From the NCBI GenBank assembly GCA_964533435.1, contig CAZHLU010000002.1, positions 1,203 to 47,437 on the forward strand: DNA of 46,235 bases, given 5' to 3'. Every line of letters begins with the position of its first letter. Within the stretch, counting starts at the first letter, position 1. Below the pieces are notes generated by a model. It had not been told where the DNA came from, ran no database searches, and saw nothing but the letters and a program-made list of their open reading frames with translations. Source of the stretch: an uncultured Gammaproteobacteria bacterium (GTDB lineage: Bacteria > Patescibacteriota > Patescibacteriia > UBA1558 > GWA2-36-10). Below are positions 10,478-19,339 of the stretch, one piece after another. The translations under genes were made by a program, and so were the position numbers.

Positions 10478-10511
10478 AATAAGGCTATTATTAAAAAAGG
10501 CCTTATTTTTA
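10478..10511 (+). terminator. Terminator after the FtsQ-like gene
   Basis: AATAAGGC (10478-10485) pairs with GCCTTATT (10500-10507), 14-nt loop, followed by a T-run. Confidence 0.55.
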
Positions 10512-10550
10512 AGATATATTGAATTGAGTATAATAACTCTTACACTCAAT

Positions 10551-10579
10551 TTGACAAGGCTTAAATTCAGCTTTATAAT
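10551..10579 (+). promoter_or_regulatory. Consensus sigma70 promoter, apparently leaderless transcript
   Basis: TTGACA (10551-10556), 17-nt spacer, TATAAT (10574-10579). The ATG at 10586 is only 6 nt past the -10 box and has no SD. Confidence 0.65.
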
Positions 10580-10585
10580 ATATTC

Positions 10586-11536
10586 ATGACTAAGACGAAT
10601 AAAACCCTACCCCTCTTTGAGGAGTATTTAGAAAATATTCAATCCAATAATTATTCAGCGGAAACAGTTTATAATTATGAACGTGATTTAAAAACTTTTG
10701 AAGATTTTTTATTTAATGATATAAAAACAGATTTTAAAAATATTGATAAAAGGTCTTTAATCAAATTTAAGGCTTACCTCTCCTCTGTTGATAGGCTTAC
10801 AGCCTCAGCCAAGACTGGTGAAGTTAAATTATCTAGTTATAGTATAAATAGAATTTTATCTTCTTTAAGATCTTATTTAAAATTTTTAATTGATGTTGAT
10901 TATAAAACTCCTATTTCACCAGACTCGGTAAAGCTTTTAAAGACTGAAAAAAAACGAGCGCAAGTGCCAGAGATGGCAGAACTCATTCGCTTGATTGAAG
11001 CGCCAGAAAAATTTGAAACTGATCCCACGATTAAATTACGTAATCGAGCTATGCTAGAAACCTTGTTTGCCACCGGTATGCGTATCTCAGAATTATTATC
11101 TTTAAAACGTGAACAGTTAGATCACTCCGGACGTATCTATGTAATGGGTAAAGGTAAAAAACAACGTTTTGTTTATTTGACTCCTCGTTCGATAAAATGT
11201 TTGCAAAATTATTTTAGCACTCGTAGAGATAATTCTCCTTATATGTTTGTACCCTATCGTGGTCGTAATAACCAAGCGCGAGCTAAAAAAATATCAACCA
11301 ACTATCTACAATATAAAATAAAAAAGTATCGGGAATTATTATTTATTAACTTACCGATTTCAGCTCATACTTTGCGTCATGGTTTTGCTACCTATTTAGC
11401 AGAAAATGGTGCTAACCCAGCTGCTATTCAAATTCTTTTGGGCCATGAGTCCTTAGATACTACTACTCGCTATGTGCATGCCTCTGATAAATATGCTGAA
11501 AAAAGCCATACTAAGTTTCATCCTTTAAGACAATAA
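10586..11536 (+). CDS. Tyrosine site-specific recombinase, XerC/XerD-like
   Basis: 316 aa. N-terminal SAM-like core-binding domain; C-terminal catalytic motifs ATGMRISEL, HTLRHGFATYL and LGHESLDTTTRYVH (R..HxxR..Y). Confidence 0.88.
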   Translation: MTKTNKTLPLFEEYLENIQSNNYSAETVYNYERDLKTFEDFLFNDIKTDFKNIDKRSLIKFKAYLSSVDRLTASAKTGEVKLSSYSINRILSSLRSYLKFLIDVDYKTPISPDSVKLLKTEKKRAQVPEMAELIRLIEAPEKFETDPTIKLRNRAMLETLFATGMRISELLSLKREQLDHSGRIYVMGKGKKQRFVYLTPRSIKCLQNYFSTRRDNSPYMFVPYRGRNNQARAKKISTNYLQYKIKKYRELLFINLPISAHTLRHGFATYLAENGANPAAIQILLGHESLDTTTRYVHASDKYAEKSHTKFHPLRQ

Positions 11537-11578
11537 TTAACATTTTGGCTAATATTAGCTAAAATTGTCGTTTTGGTA

Positions 11579-11607
11579 TTGACAAAAAAAATTAGCTATG
11601 CTAAGAT
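11579..11607 (+). promoter_or_regulatory. Sigma70 promoter driving a non-coding transcript
   Basis: TTGACA (11579-11584), 17-nt spacer, TAAGAT (11602-11607). No credible CDS lies downstream before the terminator at 11766-11801. Confidence 0.6.
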
Positions 11608-11613
11608 ATCTAT

Positions 11614-11801
11614 CCATACATTCACTCGTCCTGATTGTATGACAAATTTTGTGGGCTGCGGCTCTCGTTAAGAGGGATTCGGATTCCCAATGTACTAAAG
11701 TACCCGTTTCACGGGACGTTCGTCAGAATGACGAAAGGTACTCGGAATCGTCGAGAGCAGCTCATGGGGGGACGCGCTTCGGCTCGTCCCCTTTTCTTTT
11801 T
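11614..11801 (+). ncRNA. Unclassified structured ncRNA (~190 nt)
   Basis: A GC-rich island in AT-rich DNA with its own promoter and terminator. Closing helix GCUG..CUCUCG (11655-11667) pairs with CGAGAGCAGC (11751-11760). It encloses the hairpins GGGA-UUCGGAU-UCCC, GUAC-UAAA-GUAC, CCCG-UUUCA-CGGG and UUCGUCA-GAA-UGACGAA. I found no SRP, 6S, RNase P or tmRNA signature motifs. Confidence 0.6.
11766..11801 (+). terminator. Intrinsic terminator of the ncRNA
   Basis: GGGGACG (11768-11774) pairs with CGTCCCC (11785-11791), with an inner GC/GC stem capped by a UUCG tetraloop, followed by TTTTCTTTTT. Confidence 0.8.
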
Positions 11802-11814
11802 GCTTAAATTATTT

Positions 11815-11850
11815 TTTTATAAAAAAACAATCCGCCAGCTGGCGGATTGT
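11815..11850 (-). terminator. Terminator of the M23 peptidase gene
   Basis: Perfect palindrome ACAATCCGCCAGCTGGCGGATTGT (11827-11850), followed on the - strand by a T7 run. Confidence 0.8.
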
Positions 11851-11860
11851 TTAATATTTA

Positions 11861-13114
11861 TTACGGTAAATAGTTTAGCGGATCCACGGGCACTCCATTT
11901 AAACGTATTTCTAAATGTAAATGTGGTCCAGTAGAAAATGGTCCAGCGCCCCTAGTGCCAGGCATACCACCAGAATAACCAATTATTTGTCCTTTACTTA
12001 CAAATTGATCTTCGGAAATGCTAATTTGGTTAACATGTCCATAAACACTAGATAAGCCATCAGCATGGACAATCATGATATAACTATAACCAGTTTTACC
12101 ACCGTCTTTAGTTTTGGCAACATAACCAGAATCTACGGCTTTTATGGCTGTGCCTTGGGCAGTAGCAATATCGATGGCTGGATGTTCAAAAATATAACGA
12201 TAGGGATAATCAGGGTCATGGAAATAAGCTGTAATTCTATGAGAAGCAAGTGGCCAGATTAAACCTTTGCTATCGCCAGCTTGTTGTTGTAATTGGCGAT
12301 TTAATTTTTCACGAGCAATTTTTTCTAAATAAACAATATCACTATCAATTTGTGCCTGCTCTTTTTTAGCTTCTGAGAGCATGGTTTGGAATTTAGCTTC
12401 TTGCCCTTGAGTTAATTTCATTAAAGAAGACTTAGCGCTTTTTTGTTCACTGAGATCGTCTTTTTTGTTGTCTAATAAATTTTTTAAGGCATCTACTTCG
12501 GTTTTACTTTTTTCTAAATCATCAACGTCGCTTAAAAGAGCCATTTTGACAGTTTGTAAACCATCAACTTCTTTGACAACATTTTGTTGGACTAAATCTA
12601 AACGATCAAGCTCAGCTACGAATTCACTAAAATTATTATTTAAAAATAAAATTTCTAAAACGGAATTTTGTTGTTGCTCACGATGTAGGGAACGCAAAAT
12701 CTCAGCTACATTTTCTTTTTGAGTAGCAATTTCTTTTTCTTTAGATTGAATTTTAAGTTCGGTATTTTCTAGCTTTAAATTTAGAGTTTCAATTTCTAGT
12801 TCGGCAGTTTTTATTTCTAAATTTATTTTAGCAATATTTTCGTTAAGCAAACTCATTTGATTAGAGAGATTGCTAATCTCTGCTTGCTTAGTGGCAATAT
12901 TTTTTTGGTAAAGTTCTACTTGTTTTTTTAGTTCTTGAATTTGATTACGTTTATCATTGATATCTTGGTTTATTTGCCAAGTTTCAACATTGTCTAAATT
13001 ATCAAGATTATACTCAACTGCTAGTCCTCTGCTAATAAAAAAAATAAAGCTCAAAAAAGTTAAGCCCAAGCTAAAAATTAGTAATTTTTTTTGTTTTAAA
13101 ATAATTTCAAGCAT
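11861..13114 (-). CDS. M23 family metallopeptidase with N-terminal coiled coil (EnvC-like)
   Basis: 417 aa. Signal/TM segment, a long Q/E/K/L-rich coiled coil, and a C-terminal LytM domain (HPAIDIA...YGHVNQISI...GPHLHLEIRLNG). Confidence 0.9.
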   Translation of the reverse strand: MLEIILKQKKLLIFSLGLTFLSFIFFISRGLAVEYNLDNLDNVETWQINQDINDKRNQIQELKKQVELYQKNIATKQAEISNLSNQMSLLNENIAKINLEIKTAELEIETLNLKLENTELKIQSKEKEIATQKENVAEILRSLHREQQQNSVLEILFLNNNFSEFVAELDRLDLVQQNVVKEVDGLQTVKMALLSDVDDLEKSKTEVDALKNLLDNKKDDLSEQKSAKSSLMKLTQGQEAKFQTMLSEAKKEQAQIDSDIVYLEKIAREKLNRQLQQQAGDSKGLIWPLASHRITAYFHDPDYPYRYIFEHPAIDIATAQGTAIKAVDSGYVAKTKDGGKTGYSYIMIVHADGLSSVYGHVNQISISEDQFVSKGQIIGYSGGMPGTRGAGPFSTGPHLHLEIRLNGVPVDPLNYLP

Positions 13115-13166
13115 GAATAGTGATCAAACTATTTATATTATAGCATAAGTAGCCATTTTTTGCAAA

Positions 13167-14648
13167 CTATTTGATTTTGGCTAATCCTAGCTCAATTCTA
13201 CGAATACTCTCTTTTTTGCCTAAAATAGCCAAAATTTCGGCCGGAGAAGGGCTTTTTTCTAAACCACTAAGACAGACCCTAATTGGCCAAAAAACATCGC
13301 CAGGGGTCAAATTTTGGGCTTTAACTAGGTCTTCTAAGGCGCTAAATAGCTTGTTTTCCTGCCAATTATTGTCTTTCAAATTAGTGAGAATTTCTAAGGC
13401 TGCTTTAAGACCTTGTTTAGTTTTATCATTATCGCTTTTTTTAAAGATTAATAAAGAACCGTCATAATCTGGTAAAGAAAAGATAAAAGTACTTAAGTCT
13501 TTGATTTCAGCTAAGTAGTTTAAACGACTGCCAAATATTTTTAATAAATCTGGGATTTGTGCTTCGTGTTCTGGTATAAATTGCTTAGTGAGTTTTAAAA
13601 TTTCAGGATATGATTTTTTGTCAGCAAGATATTTTTTAATGTAATGGTTGTTAAGCCATTGTAATTTTTTAAGATCAAAAACAGCACCAGACTTATTTAT
13701 TTTTTCTAAAGAAAAGTTTTTAATTAGTTCATTTAAAGAAAAAATTTCTTGTTCAGTGCCCGGATTCCAACCTAAGAGGGCAATATAATTTATCAAAGCA
13801 GCTGGTAAATAGCCTTTGGTTAAATAATCTTCAACAGCTACATCGCCTTGTCTTTTTGATAATTTTGATTTATCAGGGTTAAGTAATAATGGTAAGTGAA
13901 CAAAAATTGGCGCTTCGTAATTAAAGGCTTGATAAAGTAAGATGTGTTTAGGTAAAGAAGGTAGCCACTCCTCGCCTCTAATGACGTGGCTAATTTGCAT
14001 GGCATGATCATCAACAACATTAGCTAAATGGTAAGTAGCAAAGCCATCTGATTTTAATAAAACAAAATCATCCAAATCTTCGCTTTTAACTTTGATTTCA
14101 CCATAAATTAGATCTTGGGCATTTACAATAATATTTTCTGCTACCTTAAAACGAATAACATATTTTTCTGAGTTTGCTAATTTTTCCGCTACAGTTTTAG
14201 GATCTAGCTTTCGGCAATTGCCATCGTATTTTGGTACCTGTTTATTGGCTTGTTGTTGTTCACGCAATTTTTCTAAGCGCTCACTGCTACAAAAACAATA
14301 ATAGGCTGCTTCTTTTTTTATTAATTCTTGAGCAGCAGCTTGATACAAATCTAAGCGTTGTGATTGTATATATGGTCCCAAACTTCCATTTTGGGCTAGT
14401 TGACCATTTTTATCTAAATAAACACCTTCGTCTGCACTTAAACCAACACTATCTAGAGCTTGAATAAGTTTTTCAGCAGCCTGTGGCACTAAGCGATTTT
14501 GATCAGTGTCCTCTATTCTTAAAATAAAAACTCCTTTATTTTTTTTGGCAAATAAGTAATTAAATAAAGTAGTACGTAAGCCACCAATATGTAAAAAACC
14601 AGTGGGACTAGGAGCAAAACGGACTCTAATTGTTTCTTTTTTTGGCAT
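13167..14648 (-). CDS. gltX: Glutamyl-tRNA synthetase
   Basis: 493 aa. Contains RFAPSPTGFLHIGGLRT (HIGH) and KLSKR (KMSKS). Confidence 0.95.
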   Translation of the reverse strand: MPKKETIRVRFAPSPTGFLHIGGLRTTLFNYLFAKKNKGVFILRIEDTDQNRLVPQAAEKLIQALDSVGLSADEGVYLDKNGQLAQNGSLGPYIQSQRLDLYQAAAQELIKKEAAYYCFCSSERLEKLREQQQANKQVPKYDGNCRKLDPKTVAEKLANSEKYVIRFKVAENIIVNAQDLIYGEIKVKSEDLDDFVLLKSDGFATYHLANVVDDHAMQISHVIRGEEWLPSLPKHILLYQAFNYEAPIFVHLPLLLNPDKSKLSKRQGDVAVEDYLTKGYLPAALINYIALLGWNPGTEQEIFSLNELIKNFSLEKINKSGAVFDLKKLQWLNNHYIKKYLADKKSYPEILKLTKQFIPEHEAQIPDLLKIFGSRLNYLAEIKDLSTFIFSLPDYDGSLLIFKKSDNDKTKQGLKAALEILTNLKDNNWQENKLFSALEDLVKAQNLTPGDVFWPIRVCLSGLEKSPSPAEILAILGKKESIRRIELGLAKIK

Positions 14649-15375
14649 ATATTTTGCTTAGTTTATATTTTAATAAGAAAAAATAAAAGACAAAGATAGC
14701 TCTAAAAATACGTGGTAATCTGTGTGGCTGTTTAATTAGGCGCCAAAACCACTCTAAGCCAAAACTACGAAAGATTTTAGGAGCTCTTTTAATAGCTCCT
14801 GATAAAAAATCAATAGCACCACCAACGCCAATGGCTATTTTTACACTTGGTATTTGATTAATATATTCGTTTATCCAAAATTCTTGGCGAGGCGCACCTA
14901 GGCCGACTATTAAGATGTCTGCTGGGAAAGTTTGGACATCAGTTAAACAATTTATTTCGTCACTTATTTTGTATTCAAGTTGTGGATAAATTTGTTCTAA
15001 TCTTGATGCTAACTCATCTTTTTTGCTTAAGCCTTTGCTATAAATAAGAAACATTACTTTATAATGATCGTATTCAGCAATTTCTAATATTTTAGTCAAT
15101 AATTGAGCGCCAGTTAAACGGTCTTCTAGGCTTACTTTGTGACCGAAAAATTTTAAAGCTTGCACAATACCAGTGCCATCAATAGTACTTAAACTACTTT
15201 CATTTAAAATATTTTTAAATTCCGGATTTCTTTGGGCAGCAACAATAAATTCAGGATTAACAGTCACTAAATGATGTTGGCTATCAGATTGTAAGTAAGA
15301 CCGCAGTAATTCTTTGCTTGACTGCGGTGATAAGGCTTGTAATTTTACGTTTAATAAATTGTACTCTTTGATCAT
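14626..15375 (-). CDS. WecB/TagA/CpsF family glycosyltransferase (GT26)
   Basis: 249 aa. Contains VGLGAPRQEFWI, GVGGAIDFLSG and LEWFWRL..P.R motifs. Overlaps the gltX start by 23 nt. Confidence 0.8.
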   Translation of the reverse strand: MIKEYNLLNVKLQALSPQSSKELLRSYLQSDSQHHLVTVNPEFIVAAQRNPEFKNILNESSLSTIDGTGIVQALKFFGHKVSLEDRLTGAQLLTKILEIAEYDHYKVMFLIYSKGLSKKDELASRLEQIYPQLEYKISDEINCLTDVQTFPADILIVGLGAPRQEFWINEYINQIPSVKIAIGVGGAIDFLSGAIKRAPKIFRSFGLEWFWRLIKQPHRLPRIFRAIFVFYFFLLKYKLSKIYAKKRNN

Positions 15376-15923
15376 AAATTAAAACTTTGCAAGATATTGT
15401 ATTCGGGCCCGTGAGAACTTAAGACACTTTCTTGCAAATCAAAATGATTAACGGAAAATTCTTTTTCTATTTGCCAGTCATTTATTGTTTTGAATTCTTC
15501 GATAGTAGCAGCTTGTTTTACTCTAGCTAAGGTGATGTGGGGAGAAAATCTTTTCATTTCTTTATGAGCAATGCCAGCGGAAAAAAGCTCGTCTTCAATT
15601 GCTTGATATAAAGCCATTAGCTCTAGATTTTCAGCTAAACCCAAAACAATTACCTGAGGTCTTTGAGGGTTAAAGATTTTTGCTTTAGATATTTTAAGAT
15701 CAAGATTATTAATATTAAGATCAATATTTTCTAAAGCATTAATAATGTCTGGCAATTTGTCTAAAGGTGTGTCTCCTAAAAATTTTAGGGTTAAGTGTAG
15801 ATCTTTAGCTTCTACGGTTTTTAACTTTTCCCAAGGCAAATCAAGCCTCTTAAATTCTTTTAATAATTTAGAGGCTACACCGGCTTCCACTGGTAAACTA
15901 ATAAATAATCTAAAACTATCCAT
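15372..15923 (-). CDS. thpR: RNA 2',3'-cyclic phosphodiesterase / 2'-5' RNA ligase (LigT/ThpR family)
   Basis: 183 aa with two HxT/S motifs (HLTLKFLG and HITLAR). Overlaps the downstream gene by 4 nt. Confidence 0.8.
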   Translation of the reverse strand: MDSFRLFISLPVEAGVASKLLKEFKRLDLPWEKLKTVEAKDLHLTLKFLGDTPLDKLPDIINALENIDLNINNLDLKISKAKIFNPQRPQVIVLGLAENLELMALYQAIEDELFSAGIAHKEMKRFSPHITLARVKQAATIEEFKTINDWQIEKEFSVNHFDLQESVLSSHGPEYNILQSFNL

Positions 15924-16035
15924 GAGCTTGATTTTACCGTAATTTTAGGCAAAAAGCAAACTAATAGATAGGCATAAATTTCCCATTTTTGTTTAATTTT
16001 GCTATAATATATAAACTTAAGTTTATAAAAATAAC

Positions 16036-17490
16036 ATGAAATACACATTTTTAAGCAAAATTATACTACTTTTATTTTGTTTGGGATTTTTTTATCCTAA
16101 TTTAGGTTTAGCACAGACAATTGAGGACGGTATTGATTATAATAATTTATTAAGCGATGAAGAAGCAGAAAATTATAGCTCCATGAGTTTGGCTGATATT
16201 AACGCTTTTTTACAGAGTAAAAATAGTTATTTACAATATTATACTTATTATGGTTATAATCCAGCACCAGGAGAAGTTATTTATACTGATGATGCTTTAA
16301 AATTAGAAAATAGTCGTTTACGTACAGCTGCTGAAATAGTATATAACGCTGCTCAAGAAGCTAGAATCAACCCTAAATTTTTGTTAGTAACCCTTCAAAA
16401 AGAACAAGGCTTAATAGAAAGATCTGAATACAATCAAAGAGCTTTGGATTATGCCATGGGTTATTATTGTTTTGATGGTCAAGCTTGTAATCCTCAGTGG
16501 CAAGGTTTTGGTAAACAAGTAAGAGCAGCTTCTCTACAGTTTAGAGATTATATTGATAATATTCATACTCGCCCCTATCGTCCAGGGCAAACATCCAGCA
16601 TTGACGGTCAGGCCGTAACCCCAGTTAATCGTATTACAGCTGCTATGTATGTTTATACTCCTCATTTGCACGGCAATCGTTTATTTATGACAATTTGGCA
16701 ACGCTATGGTTTTGGTATGTTAAATGTAATAATTAGAGGGATTATTCCAGAGGGTTCGATAGTACAAGCCAAAACTACTGGCAAAGATACTAAAAACGAG
16801 GCTGTATATTTGATTAATAATAATAAAAAATTATTATTTGCTTCTAAAAATGCTTTGGTTTCCCGTTATGACCCTAAAAAAGTTTTATTAGTAGATAAAT
16901 CAGAAATAGATAAATTTGCCGATGGTCCAGAAATAAAATTTGCTAATTATTCAGTGTTAGAAGGTCCAGATGGACAACGTTATTTATTGGATGGCTTGCA
17001 AAAAAGAGTGATTAGTTCTAATGAAGTTTTTCGTCAATTAGGTTATAGTATTGATGAAATTATCAAAGTTAACTCTAGTGATTTAGCTAGCTTAAATCCT
17101 GGCCTACCTTTGACCAAAGAAAATCCCAGTCCTTATGAAAGTTTATTGCGTGATAGTAAATCGGGTGGTGTTTTTTATATAAAAGATGGTAATAAATATC
17201 CAATTATTGATAAAACTATCCTTAATATAAATTTTGCTAATTTAAAAATAACTAATGCCACCGCTAAGGCCTTGGAAAAATATATTACTCAAACTCCAGT
17301 TTTGATCAAAGATGGTAATTTAGTTAAATTAGCTGGCAGTCCTGTTGTTTATGTTATTGCCGGTGGACAAAGAAGACCAATTGCCGATGAGGCTAGTTTT
17401 AACGGTTTGGGTTATAAATGGTCTGATGTTAAAACAATTTCTGAGCGCGTCTTAATTTTACATACTTTAGGCGCTCCAGTTAACTTATAA
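16036..17490 (+). CDS. Secreted protein, function unknown (possibly cell-wall associated)
   Basis: 484 aa with an N-terminal signal peptide (ILLLFCLGFFYPNLGLA). Has a conserved-looking LLVTLQKEQGLIE block, and repeated ...Y.I..G.KR.I motifs in the C-terminal half. No confident family assignment. Confidence 0.45.
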   Translation: MKYTFLSKIILLLFCLGFFYPNLGLAQTIEDGIDYNNLLSDEEAENYSSMSLADINAFLQSKNSYLQYYTYYGYNPAPGEVIYTDDALKLENSRLRTAAEIVYNAAQEARINPKFLLVTLQKEQGLIERSEYNQRALDYAMGYYCFDGQACNPQWQGFGKQVRAASLQFRDYIDNIHTRPYRPGQTSSIDGQAVTPVNRITAAMYVYTPHLHGNRLFMTIWQRYGFGMLNVIIRGIIPEGSIVQAKTTGKDTKNEAVYLINNNKKLLFASKNALVSRYDPKKVLLVDKSEIDKFADGPEIKFANYSVLEGPDGQRYLLDGLQKRVISSNEVFRQLGYSIDEIIKVNSSDLASLNPGLPLTKENPSPYESLLRDSKSGGVFYIKDGNKYPIIDKTILNINFANLKITNATAKALEKYITQTPVLIKDGNLVKLAGSPVVYVIAGGQRRPIADEASFNGLGYKWSDVKTISERVLILHTLGAPVNL

Positions 17491-17491
17491 T

Positions 17492-18280
17492 ATGTTAGTT
17501 TTTGCTTGTTTAGTACCACACACTCCTTTACTGATTCCTGAGGTTGCAAAAGATAACCTGGCTTTATTAAATGACACGGTTAAGGCTTATCAATCTTTAG
17601 AACATGAGCTTTATGCTACTAAGCCTGATTTGATAGTTTTGCTTTCTTCTCATGCACAAGAGGCAAAAGAAACTTTTGTTATTAATCAAAATCCAAAATT
17701 ACGAGTTGATTTTAAAAAGTTTGGTGATTTTTTAACTAACTTAGAATTTAGTAACGATATTGGTTTTGGTTATAAAATCAAAGAAGCTGCTGAAACTAAA
17801 ATGTCGGTTTTTTTAAGTGCCGATGCAGACTTGAGCTATGGTTTTGGTGTGCCTTTATTTTATCTAACTCCACATTTACCTAAAATAAAGATTGTGGCTA
17901 TTAATTCTTCTAAGTTAGCAGCTCAGACTCATCTATCTTTTGGTGAGATAATCAAAGAACAAATTGATAATTCTACCCAAAGAGTAGCCGTAGTAGTAGC
18001 TGGTGATTTATCCCACCGTTTGCATCAAGATTCGCCAGCTGGCTTTTCACCACGTGGTCAAGAATTTGATCAAGCTATTATAAAATATTTAGCCCAAGCT
18101 GATTTAAAGTCGCTGGTGTCTTTAGATGAAAATTTAGCAAAAGAAGCTCAAGAATGTAGTTGGCGTTCTTTGTTAATCTTAAGCAGTATTATCAAAGACC
18201 TTAATCTAAAACCAGAAAAATTAAGCTATCAGGCCCCATTTGGTATTGGTTATTTGACCTTTAATTTTGGTTTAAAATAA
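17492..18280 (+). CDS. LigB-family (class III extradiol dioxygenase-like) protein
   Basis: 262 aa. N-terminal FACLVPHTPLLIP and a later GDLSHRL histidine motif resemble the LigB/DODA superfamily. Starts 1 nt after the upstream stop. Confidence 0.5.
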   Translation: MLVFACLVPHTPLLIPEVAKDNLALLNDTVKAYQSLEHELYATKPDLIVLLSSHAQEAKETFVINQNPKLRVDFKKFGDFLTNLEFSNDIGFGYKIKEAAETKMSVFLSADADLSYGFGVPLFYLTPHLPKIKIVAINSSKLAAQTHLSFGEIIKEQIDNSTQRVAVVVAGDLSHRLHQDSPAGFSPRGQEFDQAIIKYLAQADLKSLVSLDENLAKEAQECSWRSLLILSSIIKDLNLKPEKLSYQAPFGIGYLTFNFGLK

Positions 18281-18294
18281 TTTCAATTTTTTTT

Positions 18295-18330
18295 AAAAAG
18301 ACCTCACTATATAGGGTCTTTTTTATTTTT
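18295..18330. terminator. Bidirectional terminator
   Basis: AAAGACC (18297-18303) pairs with GGTCTTT (18315-18321), with an A-run upstream and a T-run downstream. Lies between convergent genes. Confidence 0.7.
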
Positions 18331-18333
18331 TAA

Positions 18334-18522
18334 TTATTCATTGACATCAACACTAATATTTTCAAGTTGTCCTTGTGCATTTTGAGCCTTATTAATACTG
18401 TCTTGATAAAAATGATATTGATTGGTAATCGGATCTTCTTTTTTCTTTTCTTTTTGAGTTTGCTTATTTTGGCAAGCTGACAATATTACTAATAAAAATA
18501 AGAGGAAAAATATTTTTTTCAT
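18334..18522 (-). CDS. Small lipoprotein
   Basis: 62 aa with signal peptide and lipobox (LVILSAC). Overlaps the upstream gene by 4 nt. Confidence 0.55.
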   Translation of the reverse strand: MKKIFFLLFLLVILSACQNKQTQKEKKKEDPITNQYHFYQDSINKAQNAQGQLENISVDVNE

Positions 18523-18791
18523 TGTGGTCGTTTATTTTGTGGTTTATCTTTTTGATCAATTAATTTAAAAAAATATCGCCAAGATTCACCTCCTTTAGCA
18601 AGCTCTTTAGTATCATCTAGACACTTTTCAACAAAATTACGATCATTATCTCGGCAAGCTTTAAAAACAGAACTACGTTTAAAAGAAGGTATAGAGAGTT
18701 GTTGTATTACCCGCAAAGCTAAATCTTGCCATTGATAAGCTGGCGCTTTAGTAATTTTTTTTTGGCTAAAAATTTCACCGATATTTTGCAT
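18519..18791 (-). CDS. Hypothetical protein
   Basis: The ORF-track start at 18827 is a TTG that coincides with the def -35 box. The first ATG is at 18791 (MQNIGEIF...). No recognisable domain. Confidence 0.45.
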   Translation of the reverse strand: MQNIGEIFSQKKITKAPAYQWQDLALRVIQQLSIPSFKRSSVFKACRDNDRNFVEKCLDDTKELAKGGESWRYFFKLIDQKDKPQNKRPQ

Positions 18792-18820
18792 ATCTTTATT
18801 ATAGCAAACAAAAGCTCTAT

Positions 18821-18849
18821 TTGACAAAAAGTAAATAAAATATTATAAT
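18821..18849 (+). promoter_or_regulatory. Consensus sigma70 promoter for def-fmt, apparently leaderless
   Basis: TTGACA (18821-18826), 17-nt spacer, TATAAT (18844-18849). The ATG at 18857 is 7 nt past the -10 box, with no SD. Confidence 0.65.
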
Positions 18850-18856
18850 ATAAAAC

Positions 18857-19339
18857 ATGTTGAAAATAAGCAAATATCCAGATCCAATCTTAAGAAAACG
18901 GGCTAAAACTATTACTAATTTTGACCAGGCTTTATTTGATTTAGCTGAAAATATGGCTAGCGTTATGTATCAAGATGATGGTATTGGCCTAGCTGCTCCA
19001 CAAGTAAGTGAGAGCTTGCGATTGATTGTAGTTGGTAATGAAGCTGCTCAAGGCTATAAAGTTTATGTTAATCCAGAAATAACTTTTCGTTCTAAAGATG
19101 GGCAAATTTCTGAAGAAGGTTGTTTGTCCTTACCACAAATTTTTGGTTTAGTAAGACGTCCTAAAAAAATTCATGTTAAATATCAAGATCTAAACGGCAA
19201 AGTTTTTAAAGAAAAATTAGCTGGCTTAGAAGCTATTATTTTACAACACGAATTTGATCACTTAGAAGGAATATTGTTTATTGATCGAGCTGAAAAAATT
19301 ACTCGCGGTCAAGAAATTTTAGATAGCTTAAAACCATAA
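18857..19339 (+). CDS. def: Peptide deformylase
   Basis: 160 aa with GIGLAAPQV, EGCLS and HEFDH metal-binding motifs. Confidence 0.95.
   Translation: MLKISKYPDPILRKRAKTITNFDQALFDLAENMASVMYQDDGIGLAAPQVSESLRLIVVGNEAAQGYKVYVNPEITFRSKDGQISEEGCLSLPQIFGLVRRPKKIHVKYQDLNGKVFKEKLAGLEAIILQHEFDHLEGILFIDRAEKITRGQEILDSLKP

Noticed and set aside
10586-11536. Xer-type recombinase as a marker of an integrated mobile element
   Set aside because: I could find no flanking direct repeats, att-like duplication, phage or plasmid genes, or canonical tRNA target. It is most simply a chromosomal dimer-resolution Xer homologue.
11635-11934. 99-aa + strand ORF in the xer/M23 intergenic region
   Set aside because: It has no SD. 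It runs through two intrinsic terminators and into the convergent M23 gene. It sits on a GC-rich structured segment better explained as an ncRNA.
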